Positions 24,474 to 38,388 of a DNA stretch of 64,000 nucleotides are shown in pieces (positions within the stretch are counted from its first letter, which is position 1; each line of letters starts with the position of its first letter). Under the pieces are notes generated by a model. It was given only the letters and a program-made list of their open reading frames with translations. It ran no database searches and was not told the origin of the DNA. Position numbers and translations under genes: made by a program. This DNA comes from Nemertoderma westbladi (lineage: Eukaryota > Animalia > Xenacoelomorpha): the NCBI GenBank assembly GCA_032718475.1, contig JAUCBJ010009048.1, forward strand, positions 129,019-193,018, given 5' to 3'.

Positions 24474-27400
24474 GATATGAGTAGCGCCCACCCCTAACCT
24501 TCGGGTAGCAGATAGGAGTAGCACCCACCCCTACCTTCGGGTAGCAGAAAGGAGTAGCGCCCACCCCTAACCTTCGGGTAGCAGATAGGAGTAGCACCCA
24601 CCCCTACCTTCGGGTAGCAGATAGGAGTAGCGCCCACCCCTACCTTCGGGTAGCAGATATGAGTAGCGCCCACCCCTACCCTAGGGTAGCAGATAGGAGT
24701 AGCGCCAACCCCTACCTTCGGGTAGCAGATATGGGTAGCGCCCACCCCTACCTTCGGGCAAATATGAGTAGCGCCCACCCCTACCCTAGGGTAGCAGATA
24801 TGAGTAGCGCCCACCCCTACCCTAGGGTAGCAGATAGGAGTAGCACCCACCCCTACTTTCGGGTAGCAAATAGGTGTAGCGCCCACCCCTACCTTCGGGT
24901 AGCAGATATGAGTAGCGCCCACCCCTACCATAGGGTAGCAGATAGGAGTAGCACCCACCCCTACCTTCGGGTAGCATATAGGAGTAGCGCCCACCCCTAC
25001 CTTCCGGTAGCAGAAATGAGTAGCGCCCACCCCTACCTTCCGGTAGCAGAAATGAGTAGCGCCCACCCCTACATCGGGTTTCGGATAAGAGTAGCGCCCA
25101 CCCCCACCCTAGGGTAGCAGATAGGAGTAGCGCCCAACCCTACCTTCGGGTAGCAGATAGGAGTAGCACCCACCCCTACCTTCGGGTAGCAGATAGGAGT
25201 AGCATCCACCCCTGCCTTCGGGTAGCAGATAGGAGTAGCGCCCACCCCTCCCTTCGGGTAGCAGATATGAGTAGCGCCCACCCCCACCCTAGGGTAGCAG
25301 ATAGGAGTAGCGCCCAACCCTACCTTCGGGTAGCAGATAGGCGTAGCACCCACCCCTACCTTCGGGTAGCAGATAGGAGTAGCATCCACCCCTACCTTCG
25401 GGTAGCAGATAGGAGTAGCGCCCACCCCTACCTTCGGGTAGCAGATATGAGTAGCGCCCACCCCTACCCTAGGGTAGCAGATAGGAGTAGCGCCCAATAG
25501 GAGTAGCGCCCAACCCTACCTTCGGGTAGCAGATAGGAGTAGCACCCACCCCTACCTTCGGGTAGCAGATAGGAGTAGCACCCACCCCTACCTTCGGGTA
25601 GCATATAGGAGTAGCGCCCACCCCTACCTTCCGGTAGCAGAAATGAGTAGCGCCCACCCCTACCTTCCGGTAGCAGAAATGAGTAGCGCCCACCCCTACC
25701 CTAGGGTAGCAGATATGAGTAGCGCCCACCCCTACATCGGGTTTCGGATAAGAGTAGCGCCCACCCCCACCCTAGGGTAGCAGATAGGAGTAGCGCCAAC
25801 CCCTACCTTCGGGTAGCAGATATGGGTAGCGCCCACCCCTACCTTCGGGCAAATATGAGTAGCGCCCACCCCTACCCTAGGGTAGCAGATATGAGTAGCG
25901 CCCACCCCTACCCTAGGGTAGCAGATATGAGTAGCGCCCACCCCTATCCTAGGGTAGCAGATATGAGTAGCGCCCACCCCTACCTTAGGGTAGCAGATAG
26001 GAGTAGCGCCCACCCTTACCTTCGGGTAGCAGATAGGAGTAGCGCCCACCCCTACCTTCGGGTAGCAGGTAGGAGTAGCGCCCACCCTTACCTTCAGGTA
26101 GCAGATAGGAGTAGCGCCCACCACTACCTTCGGGTAGCAGATATGAGTAGCGCCCACCTATACTCTAGGGTAGCAGATAGGAGTAGCGCCCACCCCTACC
26201 TTCGGGTAGCAGATATGAGTAGCGCCCACCCCTACCCTAGGGTAGCAACATAGGAGTAGCGCCCACCCCTCCCGTAGGGTAGCAGATAGGAGTAGCGCCC
26301 ACCTCTACCTTAGGGTAGCAGATAGGAGTAGCGCCCACCCCTACCTTCGGGTAGCTGATATGAGTAGCGCCCACCCCTACCCTAGGGTAGCAACATAGGA
26401 GTAGCGCCCACCCCTACCTTAGGGTAGCAGATAGGAGTAGCGTCCACCCCTACCCTAGGGTAGCAGATATGAGTAGCGCCCATCCCTACCTTAGGGTAGC
26501 AGATAGGAGTAGCGCCCACCCCTACCCTAGGGTAGCAGATATGAGTAGCGCCCACCCCTACCTTAGGGTTGCAGATAGGAGTAGCGCCCACCCCTACCTT
26601 CGGGTAGCAGATAGGAGTAGCGCCCACCCCTACCTTCGGGTAGCAGGTAGGAGTAGCGCCCACCCTTACCTTCAGGTAGCAGATAGGAGTAGCGCCCACC
26701 ACTACCTTCGGGTAGCAGATATGAGTAGCGCCCACCCCTACTCTAGGGTAGCAGATAGGAGTAGCGCCCACCCCTACCTTCGCGTAGCAGATATGAGTAG
26801 CGCCCACCCCTACCCTAGGGTAGCAACATAGGAGTAGCGCCCACCCCTACCGTAGGGTAGCAGATAGGAGTACGCCCACCCCTACCTTAGGGTAGCAGAT
26901 AGGAGCAGCGCCCACCCCAACCTTCGGGTAGCAGATATGAGTAGCGCCCACCCCTACCCTAGGGTAGCAACATAGGAGTAGCGCCCACCCCTACCTTAGG
27001 GTAACAGATAGGAGTAGCGCCCAACCCTACCCTAGGGTAGCAACATAGGAGTAGCGCCCACCCCTACCTTAGGGTAGCAGATAGGAGTAGCGCCCACCCC
27101 TACCCTAGGGTAGCAGATATGAGTAGCGCCCACCCCTACCCTAGGGTAGCAGATATGAGTAGCGCCCACCCCTACCTTAGGGTTGCAGATAGGAGTAGCG
27201 CCCACCCCTACCTTAGGGTAGCAGATAGGAGTAGCGCCCACCCCTACCCTAGGGTAGCTGATATGAGTAGCGCCCACCCCTACCCTAGGGTAGCAACATA
27301 GGAGTAGCGCCCACCCCTACCTTAGGGTAGCAGATAGGAGTAGCGCCCACCCCTACCCTAGGGTAGCAGATATGAGTAGCGCCCACCCCTACCTTAGGGT

Positions 27401-30400
27401 AGCAGATAGGAGTAGCGCCCACCCCTACCCTAGGGTAGCAGATATGAGTAGCGCCCACCCCTACATCGGGTTTCGGATAAGAGTAGCGCCCACCCCCACC
27501 CTAGGGTAGCAGATAGGAGTAGCGCCCAACCCTACCTTCGGGTAGCAGATAGGAGTAGCACCCACCCCTACCTTCGGCGGTAGCAGATAGGAGTAGCATC
27601 CACCCCTGCCTTCGGGTAGCAGATAGGAGTAGCGCCCACCCCTCCCTTCGGGTAGCAGATATGAGTAGCGCCCACCCCCACCCTAGGGTAGCAGATAGGA
27701 GTAGCGCCCAACCCTACCTTCGGGTAGCAGATAGGAGTAGCACCCACCCCTACCTTCGGGTAGCAGATAGGAGTAGCATCCACCCCTACCTTCGGGTAGC
27801 AGATAGGAGTAGCGCCCACCCCTACCTTCGTTTAGCAGATATGAGTAGCGCCCACCCCTACCCTAGGGTAGCAGATAGGAGTAGCGCCCAATAGGAGTAG
27901 CGCCCAACCCTACCTTCGGGTAGCAGATAGGAGTAGCACCCACCCCTACCTTCGGGTAGCAGATAGGAGTAGCACCCACCCCTACCTTCGGGTAGCATAT
28001 AGGAGTAGCGCCCACCCCTACCTTCCGGTAGCAGAAATGAGTAGCGCCCACCCCTACCTTCCGGTAGCAGAAATGAGTAGCGCCCACCCCTACCCTAGGG
28101 TAGCAGATATGAGTAGCGCCCACCCCTACATCGGGTTTCGGATAAGAGTAGCGCCCACCCCCACCCTAGGGTAGCAGATAGGAGTAGCGCCAACCCCTAC
28201 CTTCGGGTAGCAGATATGGGTAGCGCCCACCCCTACCTTCGGGCAAATATGAGTAGCGCCCACCCCTACCCTAGGGTAGCAGATATGAGTAGCGCCCACC
28301 CCTACCCTAGGGTAGCAGATATGAGTAGCGCCCACCCCTATCCTAGGGTAGCAGATATGAGTAGCGCCCACCCCTACCTTAGGGTAGCAGATAGGAGTAG
28401 CGCCCACCCTTACCTTCGGGTAGCAGATAGGAGTAGCGCCCACCCCTACCTTCGGGTAGCAGGTAGGAGTAGCGCCCACCCTTACCTTCAGGTAGCAGAT
28501 AGGAGTAGCGCCCACCACTACCTTCGGGTAGCAGATATGAGTAGCGCCCACCTATACTCTAGGGTAGCAGATAGGAGTAGCGCCCACCCCTACCTTCGGG
28601 TAGCAGATATGAGTAGCGCCCACCCCTACCCTAGGGTAGCAACATAGGAGTAGCGCCCACCCCTCCCGTAGGGTAGCAGATAGGAGTAGCGCCCACCCCT
28701 ACCTTAGGGTAGCAGATAGGAGTAGCGCCCACCCCTACCTTCGGGTAGCTGATATGAGTAGCGCCCACCCCTACCCTAGGGTAGCAACATAGGAGTAGCG
28801 CCCACCCCTACCTTAGGGTAGCAGATAGGAGTAGCGTCCACCCCTACCCTAGGGTAGCAGATATGAGTAGCGCCCATCCCTACCTTAGGGTAGCAGATAG
28901 GAGTAGCGCCCACCCCTACCCTAGGGTAGCAGATATGAGTAGCGCCCACCCCTACCTTAGGGTTGCAGATAGGAGTAGCGCCCACCCCTACCTTCGGGTA
29001 GCAGATAGGAGTAGCGCCCACCCCTACCTTCGGGTAGCAGGTAGGAGTAGCGCCCACCCTTACCTTCAGGTAGCAGATAGGAGTAGCGCCCACCACTACC
29101 TTCGGGTAGCAGATATGAGTAGCGCCCACCCCTACTCTAGGGTAGCAGATAGGAGTAGCGCCCACCCCTACCTTCGCGTAGCAGATATGAGTAGCGCCCA
29201 CCCCTACCCTAGGGTAGCAACATAGGAGTAGCGCCCACCCCTACCGTAGGGTAGCAGATAGGAGTACGCCCACCCCTACCTTAGGGTAGCAGATAGGAGC
29301 AGCGCCCACCCCAACCTTCGGGTAGCAGATATGAGTAGCGCCCACCCCTACCCTAGGGTAGCAACATAGGAGTAGCGCCCACCCCTACCTTAGGGTAACA
29401 GATAGGAGTAGCGCCCACCCCTACCCTAGGGTAGCAACATAGGAGTAGCGCCCACCCCTACCTTAGGGTAGCAGATAGGAGTAGCGCCCACCCCTACCCT
29501 AGGGTAGCAGATATGAGTAGCGCCCACCCCTACCCTAGGGTAGCAGATATGAGTAGCGCCCACCCCTACCTTATGGTTGCAGATAGGAGTAGCGCCCACC
29601 CCTACCTTAGGGTAGCAGATAGGAGTAGCGCCCACCCCTACCCTAGGGTAGCTGATATGAGTAGCGCCCACCCCTACCCTAGGGTAGCAACATAGGAGTA
29701 GCGCCCACCCCTACCTTAGGGTAGCAGATAGGAGTAGCGCCCACCCCTACCCTAGGGTAGCAGATATGAGTAGCGCCCACCCCTACCTTAGGGTAGCAGA
29801 TAGGAGTAGCGCCCACCCCTACCCTAGGGTAGCAGATATGAGTAGCGCCCACCCCTACCTTAGGGTTGCAGATAGGAGTAGCGCCCACCCCTACCTTCGG
29901 GTAGCAGATAGGAGTAGCGCCCACCCCTACCTTCGGGTAGCAGGTAGGAGTAGCGCCCACCCTTACCTTCAGGTAGCAGATAGGAGTAGCGCCCACCACT
30001 ACCTTCGGGTAGCAGATGTGAGTACCGCCCACCCCTATCCTAGGGTAGCAGATAGGAGTAGCGCCCACCCCTACCTTCGGCTGGCAGATATGGGTAGCGC
30101 CCACCCCTACCTTCGGGTAGCAGATAGGAGTAGCGCCCACCACTACCTTGGGGTAGCAGATATAAGTACCACCCACCCCTACCCTAGGGTAGCAGATAGG
30201 AGTAGCGCTAACCCCTACCTTCGGGTAGCAGATATGGGTAGCGCCCAGCCCTACCTTCGGGCAAATATGAGTAGCGCCCACCCCTACCCTAGGGTAGCAG
30301 ATATGAGTAGCGCCTACCCCTACCCTAGGGTAGCAGATAGGAGTAGCACCCACCCCTACTTTCGGGTAGCAGATAGGAGCAGCGCCCACCCCAACCTTCG

Positions 30401-33137
30401 GGTAGCAGATATGAGTAGCGCCCACCCCTACCCTAGGGTAGCAACATAGGAGTAGCGCCCACCCCTACCTTAGGGTAACAGATAGGAGTAGCGCCCACCC
30501 CTACCCTAGGGTAGCACATAGGAGTAGCGCCCACGCCTACCTTCGGGTAGCAGAAAGGAGTAGCTTCCACCCTTACCTTCGGGTAGCAGATAGGAGTAGC
30601 GCCCACCACTACCTTCGGGTAGCAGATGTGAGTACCGCCCACCCCTACCCTAGGGTAGCAGATAGGAGTAGCGCCAACCCCTACCTTCGGGTAGCCGATA
30701 TGGGTAGCGCCCACCCCTACCTTCGGGTAGCAGATAGGAGTAGCGCCCACCACTACCTTGGGGTAGCAGATATGAGTACCACCCACCCCTACCCTAGGGT
30801 AGCAGATAGGAGTAGCGCCCACCCCTACCTTCGGCTGGCAGATATGAGTAGCGCCTACCCCTACCCTAGGGTAGCAGATAGGAGTAGCACCCACCCCTAC
30901 TTTCGGGTAGCAAATAGGTGTAGCGCCCACCCCTACCTTCGGGTAGCAGATATGAGTAGCGCCCACCCCTACCATAGGGTAGCAGATAGGAGTAGCGCCC
31001 ATCCCTACCCTAGGGCAGCAGATATGAGTAGCACCCACCCCTACCTTCGGGTAGCATATAGGAGTAGCGCCCACCCCTACCTCCGGGTAGCAGATATGAG
31101 TAGCGCCCACCCCTACCCTAGGGTAGCAGATATGAGTAGCGCCCACCCCTACATCGGGTAGCGGATAAGAGTAGCGCCCACCCCTACCCTAGGGTAGCAG
31201 ATAGGAGTAGCGCACACCCCTACCCTAGGGTAGCAGATAGGAGTAGCACCCACCCCTACCTTCGGGTAGCAGATAGGAGTAGCACCCACCCCTACCTTCG
31301 GGTAGCAGATAGGAGTAGCGCCCACCCCTACCTTCGGGTAGCAGATATGAGTAGCGCCCACCCCTACCCTAGGGTAGCAGATAGGAGTAGCGCCCACCCC
31401 TACTCTAGGGTAGCAGATAGGAGTAGCGCCCACCCCTACCTTCGGGTGGCAGATATGAGTAGCGCCAACCCCTACCCTAGGGTAGCAACATAGGAGTAGC
31501 ACCCACCCATACCGTAGGGTAGCAGATAGGAGTAGCGCCCACCCCTACCTAAGGGTAGCAGATAGGAGTAGTGCCCACCCCTACCCTAGGGTAGCAGATA
31601 GGAGTAGCGCCCACCCCTACCTTCGGGTAGCAGATATGAGTAGCGCCCACCCCTACCCTAGGGTAGCAACATAGGAGTAGCGCTCATCCCTACCTTAGGG
31701 TAGCAGATATGAGTAGCGCCCACCCCTACCCTAGGCTATCAGATATGAGTAGCGCCCACCCCTACCTTCGGGTAGCAGATAGGAGTAGTGCCCACCCCTA
31801 CCCTAGGGTAGCAGATAGGAGTAGCGCCCACCCCTACCCTAGGGTAGCAACATAGGAGTAGCGCTCATCCCTACCTTAGGGTAGCAGATATGAGTAGCGC
31901 CCACCCCTACCCTAGGCTATCAGATATGAGTAGCGCCCACCCCTACCTTCGGGTAGCAGATAGGAGTAGCGCCCACCCCTACCCTAGGGTAGCAACATAG
32001 GAGTAGCGCCCACCCCTACCCTAGGGTAGCAACATAGGAGTAGCGCCCACCCCTACCTTAGGGTAGCAGATAGGAGTAGCGCCCACCCCTACCCTAGGGT
32101 AGCAGATATGAGTAGCGCCCACCCCTACCTTAGGGTAGCAGATAGGAGTAGCGCCCACCCCTACCTTCGGGTAGCAGATATGAGTAGCGCCCACCCCTAC
32201 CTTCGGGTAGCAGATAGGAGTAGCGCCCACCCCTACCCTAGGGTAGCAGATATGAGTAGCGCCCACCCCTACCTTAGGGTAGCAGATAGGAGTAGCGCCC
32301 ACCCCTACCTTCGGGTAGCAGATAGGAGTAGCGCCCACCACTACCTTCGGGTAGCAGATAGGAGTAGCGCCCACCCCTACCCTAGGGTAGCAACATAGGA
32401 GTAGCGCCCACCCCTACCCTAGGGTAGCAACATAGGAGTAGCGCCCACCCCTACCTTAGGGTAGCAGATAGGAGTAGCGCCCACCCCTACCCTAGGGTAG
32501 CAGATATGAGTAGCGCCCACCCCTACCTTAGGGTAGCAGATAGGAGTAGCGCCCACCCCTACCTTCGGGTAGCAGATAGGAGTAGCACCCACCCCTACCT
32601 TCGGGTAGCAGATAGGAGTAGCGCCCACCCCTATATTCGTGTAGCAGATAGGAGTAGCGCCCACCCCTACCTTCGGGTAGCAGATAGGAGTAGCGCCCAC
32701 CCCTACCTTCGGGTAGCAGATAGGAGTAGCGCCCACCCCTACCCTAGGGTAGCAGATAGGAGTAGCGCCCACCCCTACCCTAGGGTAGCAGATAGGAGTA
32801 GCGCCCACCCCTACCTTCGGGTAGCAGATAGGAGTAGCGCCCACCCCTACCCTAGGGTAGCAGATAGGAGTAGCGCCCACCCCTACCTTCGGGTAGCAGA
32901 TAGGAGTAGCGCCCACCCCTACCTTCGGGTAGCAGATAGGAGTAGCGCCCACCCCTACCCTAGGGTAGCAGATAGGAGTAGCGCCCACCCCTACCTTCGG
33001 GTAGCAGATAGGAGTAGCGCCCACCCCTACCCTAGGGTAGCAGATAGGAGTAGCGCCCACCCCTACCCTAGGGTAGCAACATAGGAGTAGCACCCACCCC
33101 TACCTTCGGGTAGCAGATATGAGTAGCGCCCACTCCT
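24474..33137. repeat. 36-bp hairpin-containing minisatellite, about 240 variant copies, with ~2.39-kb higher-order duplication
   Basis: Unit GTAGCAGATA(G/T)GAGTAGCGCCCACCCCTACC(TTCG/CTAG/TTAG)G. ORF-track twins are offset by 2394 bp (25732/28126, 26382/28776, 27032/29426). Confidence 0.97.
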
Positions 33138-33559
33138 TTGAAATTGAATCGCAGCTTATTGCAATATTAATTAATTTAAATTATTTAAATGTTTTAAATG
33201 TTTGAGGAGTGGATCCCACGCTGGGGATATATATCGGGAGTACTGCATGTCCTTATTGTTATTGTTATTCAGTGATTATTGCAATATTAATTAATTTAAT
33301 TATTCTGGATCTATTTCGATCCTCCTCCCCTACAGTACCTTTTGTTTGACTTGTAAAGAACCATTTTCTTTCGAATTTCATCAATACCAAATAGGTTCAC
33401 TTCAAATATTTTTTGGAGCATGAGATTTTTGTCACCTGTCATTTCAAAATTTGGTTACATATCAAATCATATCACAAATGAACATAATATTAATGTTGAA
33501 ACTGAGACCTATTGTAAATTCGATACGGTGGGATTCATGATGTCGTAGAAAATTGTTGA

Positions 33560-34690
33560 TCTGGATTGCTGCAAAGATCCCATAGAGAGACTGCTACGTG
33601 GGAACCAGAATGGGTTTCACAAACCTGGTTCTTAGAAGGATAATGAATTGACGGTCAATATAGACCGTCAACAAGACAGACATCTGGCTGTTATCCTCAT
33701 TGACTTCATTGAAGGCCTTTGTCTTTGTTTCATTCTCCCGACCACATATTCAGCATAATGGCGTTATATGGGATTCCTGAAGAATTTATTGCAGCTATCA
33801 CATCACAGGTACGATGGTTCCATAATATTTGTTTCTATCGCTTAAATGGTGACACAGGACCATTCTAAGTGTTATGCGGAGTCCTCCAGCGTGACACAAA
33901 ATGCACCATTCTTATTTATAATTGTCGTGGATAATGTTCTGCACACGTCCATAGACCAGAATGACGAAGGGACGATGGTAGGCCTACTCCCTACTGGCGC
34001 CAGAAGTCGAGTAAGTCCAACTAAGCACCTTATTGGTCAACTAACTACTACTTTTCTGTAGGTCGAGCGAGCTCGGACATTACTGATCTAGATCTACTGT
34101 AGACTTTGCTGTTGACTTAGGAGTAGGCCCTACATTAAAACAGGCTGCTTATAGTGTTAGTCTAGTTCTAGTCTAGTCTTTCTTTTAACTACAAGACCCA
34201 GAATTTTGACAGTTAACTTCACAGTCCTTAGGGACTGTCTGATCGTATGAGCATAAGCTCAAGGATGGTGAGCTTATTGGCAAAGTGGACGACTTCTGCA
34301 ATTTGGGATCATGGATCCGGAAGTCGGGTGAAGATCTTAGAATACGTAGGGGAGTGCATGGGATGTTTGTGAGTCAAATAGAATACGTCGGGAACTTAAG
34401 GTTCGATTATTTAGAGCAGCAGTAGTTCCAGTACTCCTCTATGGGAGTCCATGCTGGGCTCTAACTGCTGAGGACACCAAATCTCTGGATGGCACATTCA
34501 CAAGAATACTACGCCGGGTTCTTTGAGTCAAGTACAATGTACACGTCTCCGACTAAAACTACTTTCTACACCCTCATTGGAGGTATTTCATTAGTCTCCC
34601 CTTCAACGGAGCCGCTTCCGCTTTACAGGACATTCCTTTCACCGTAAGGACCAGCCACCGCGCATAATATTGTGCATTGGCAGCCTTAAG
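33560..34690 (+). mobile_element. Degenerate RTE-like LINE reverse transcriptase
   Basis: Broken remnants such as LLRGNQNGF, YGIPEEFI, APFLFIIVVDNVL, VDDFCNLGS, RLFRAAVVPVLLYGSPCW and FRFTGHSFHR. A short related piece lies at about 35800-35925. Confidence 0.75.
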
Positions 34691-34995
34691 CCCATTGAGA
34701 TGCCTATTAACAACGAATTGGCGAAGAGAATAAACCTTTTACATTTTTTGAAAAACCTTTAATTTTGGATTGATAGACAAATAATTTACCGAAATGTTGA
34801 GAATTCTTTAATATTTTGACAGATAATAATTTAAGGATTTATTGAGAATTCTCGGAAGTTTTTGGTTGAAAGACAAATAATTATACTAAAGTCTATAATT
34901 TTGATTGATTTACAAAAATATTGAGAATTAATTTAATTTTTGTACTTTTGAACCTATATACCAGGTTAACTGGTGAACTGTATCGTATTACGGAA

Positions 34996-35161
34996 GAATA
35001 ATGAATTACGGTAGATGATTTGAGTGTTGTCCCGAAAGAATAATGAATTACGGTAGATGATTTGAGTGTTGTCCCGAAAGAATAATGAATTACGGTAGAT
35101 GATTTGAGTTTTGTCCCGAAAGAATAATGAATTACGGTAGATGATTTGAGTGTTGTCCCGA
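34996..35161. repeat. 42-bp tandem repeat, 4 copies
   Basis: GAATAATGAATTACGGTAGATGATTTGAGTGTTGTCCCGAAA. Confidence 0.92.
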
Positions 35162-37262
35162 CATGAGAATTGTCCCCGGATGACTGTCTTACTGCGATTT
35201 CCCAGCGATAAGCGGAGCTGGAACTTGGCAGAATTACACTTTTATGACATCGATCCACTGTTATTCACATTGTTTGTGCCTCTTTTTGACTGTGGTCTGC
35301 TATTTTTTTTCACTGTGTTGTTGCCGTTTTTGGGTGTAGTCACAAATTCCACCTGTTGAGCGGGTATTAATGCCCAAATTGACTTTCCATAACCTCAAAG
35401 CAAAAATTGGAATTAAATATAAAACATGGCCTTAAATGGATTATAACGTGATAATATAATAATATTCTTATTGCTATTCTAATAGACAAATAATATCGGC
35501 ACTAAAATTACAATACGAAATTATAAAATTAAGTCAGCTTCTAAACAATAAATAGAACACATTTCTAAGTAAAATACATGCACCCCGTTGTGGTACACAC
35601 TTAAATGATAAACCATGTCGTGAAGTGATATATTCTACTTTACAAATGTTAATCATAATATTAGATTCAATTACCAAGAAATACTCCAAATATTGATTAG
35701 CTTATCAGAATTTTACATCTGATTTGATTTCCAGAAACCTTGACACCGTATAATTAATAATAATAATAATAACAATAATTTGAAAATCACAAAATACATT
35801 AGAAACTCAAGGTTGGTTATTTAGAGCAGCAGTAGAACACGTACTCCTCTACGGGAGTCCATGCTGGGCTCTAACTGCTGAGGACACCAAATCTCTGGAT
35901 GGCAGATTCACAAGAATGCTAAGTCGGGGTCAGGCACGGGTCACACAATAGTTTTCAACTTTTAATTAAAAGATAGAACATATTGTAGTCTATGGAGAAG
36001 TTCACACATAAACAGTCCACTTTTAAAACGCACTGTTAGTCTCATGTTCTATTTTACTTGAAAGTTGAAAGCTACATTTTTAGCATTAACCAACAGCCAA
36101 TCATTAATATATTAATGATTGGCTATATTATAACATTGACGATTTTGTGGGGATGATTTTGTACTGTATCTGTACTGTCGGAGAATAATTTAAGTTACGT
36201 GTCCAACTCACCCATTGACATTCTCGTTTAATTAAAAAACTTATCTTAATCTGCCCGCAAATCTTGATAAAGTTTTCAGATACGCCGTACGACAACCTTT
36301 TTTGGTTGATTGGGTGAACCCAATATCGGCGCTTATTTCGCCGCCTGTGTAAGGCAGCTAACAGTTGATTGCAACGTTGTCTAATGATTTTGTTGTTAAG
36401 CCGGATTAGCGGCGCGGCAGCGGCTGTCTGTAATCTTATAGGATATCAATTGACAAATACAGACTCGTTGCAACCCGACTTTAGTCTGTCATCTCATCGG
36501 TTTGGAAGGTTGTTCCTGAAATCCTCGGGAAGATATAAAGTATGTTCTATAGTGCGTCCAGTATCTCTATAAATATTTGGTTATGTGATTGATTCATTAC
36601 GATTAGTACAGTTTGATAAAATATGGACCAATCCTAAATATGTTGAAATTAGTTCGTAATGAGTATGTCGGATAAGTCAATAAATTACTAACTAAACAAC
36701 TACCTTAAACTTGTAATGAAACACAGTTCCAGTGATAATAAAACACGTTTTACTAAATATGCATAGTACTTGATAGTGATGAACACCAAAAGTAAATAGA
36801 CACAAGTTCAGGTAGTTAGTTTAATTACATATTAATGTAAATTTAGTGTTAATGGATCCAATAATTTATATAATGTAAGAGTTTAAGTTTTAATTTTGGT
36901 GTTTATCAACAACAATCTATAAAGAGTATATTTACATTGGTCAATCTACAAAAAGTCGCCGAAGTTCAATCTGGTTTGGTGCTGACTTTGAATCTCTCTC
37001 ACATATCACATATCTCATATAAAGTTATAAAGGCAAGTTATTCACACTTTATAGACAAAATAAAATATGACCCATCTTAGTTTTTAGAAATACGGAGGGA
37101 AATTTAAATTTTTTACATAATTCCAAGCGGACTTGCTTACACTGAAGCGAAGCTATAAATATGTTGACCCTTTTTACTTTTGCATTACTGACCAACCTGT
37201 GCAGCAATCCTTCACGAAGTTGATTAACTATACCCACCTGACCAGGATCACCCCTCTAGCGT

Positions 37263-38388
37263 CGACCAACTCGGCCAACATGTTAACCGACCAACTCGGC
37301 CAACATGTTAACCGACCAACTCGGCCAACATGTTAACCGACCAACTCGGCCAACATGTTAACCGACCAACTCGGCCAACATGTTAACCGACCAACTCGGC
37401 CAACATGTTAACCGACCAACTCGGCCAACATGTTAACCGACCAACTCGGCCAACATGTTAACCGACCAACTCGGCCAACATGTTAACCGACCAACTCGGC
37501 CAACATGTTAACCGACCAACTCGGCCAACATGTTAACCGACCAACTCGGCCAACATGTTAACCGACCAACTCGGCCAACATGTTAACCGACCAACTCGGC
37601 CAACATGTTAACCGACCAACTCGGCCAACATGTTAATCGACCAACTCGGCCAACATGTTAACCGACCAACTCGGCCAACATGTTAACCGACCAACTCCGC
37701 CAACATGTTAACCGACCAACTCGGCCAACATGTTAATCGACCAACTCGGCCAACATGTTAACCGACCAACTCGGCCAACATGTTAACCGACCAACTCGGC
37801 CAACATGTTAACCGACCAACTCGACCAACATGTTAACCGACCAACTCGGCCAACATGTTAACCGACCAACTCGGCCAACATGTTAACCGACCAACTCGGC
37901 CAACATGTTAACCGACCAACTCGGCCAACATGTTAACCGACCAACTCGGCCAACATGTTAATCGACCAACTCGGCCAACATGTTAACCGACCAACTCGGC
38001 CAACATGTTAATCGACCAACTCGGCCAACATGTTAACCGACCAACTCGGCCAACATGTTAACCGACCAACTCCGCCAACATGTTAACCGACCAACTCGGC
38101 CAACATGTTAATCGACCAACTCGGCCAACATGTTAACCGACCAACTCGGCCAACATGTTAATCGACCAACTCGGCCAACATGTTAACCGACCAACTCGGC
38201 CAACATGTTAATCGACCAACTCGGCCAACATGTTAACCGACCAACTCGGCCAACATGTTAACCGACCAACTCCGCCAACATGTTAACCGACCAACTCGGC
38301 CAACATGTTAATCGACCAACTCGGCCAACATGTTAACCGACCAACTCGGCCAACATGTTAACCGACCAACTCGACCAACATGTTAACC
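37263..38388. repeat. 25-bp minisatellite, about 45 copies
   Basis: Unit CGACCAACTCGGCCAACATGTTAAC, containing overlapping palindromes AACATGTT and GTTAAC. Confidence 0.97.

Noticed and set aside
24474-33137. CRISPR-like array (36-bp hairpin repeats) or repetitive protein (VGVGATPICYPK)
   Set aside because: Units are head-to-tail with no unique spacers, there are no cas genes and the context is eukaryotic. Frames are broken by frequent stops and indels.
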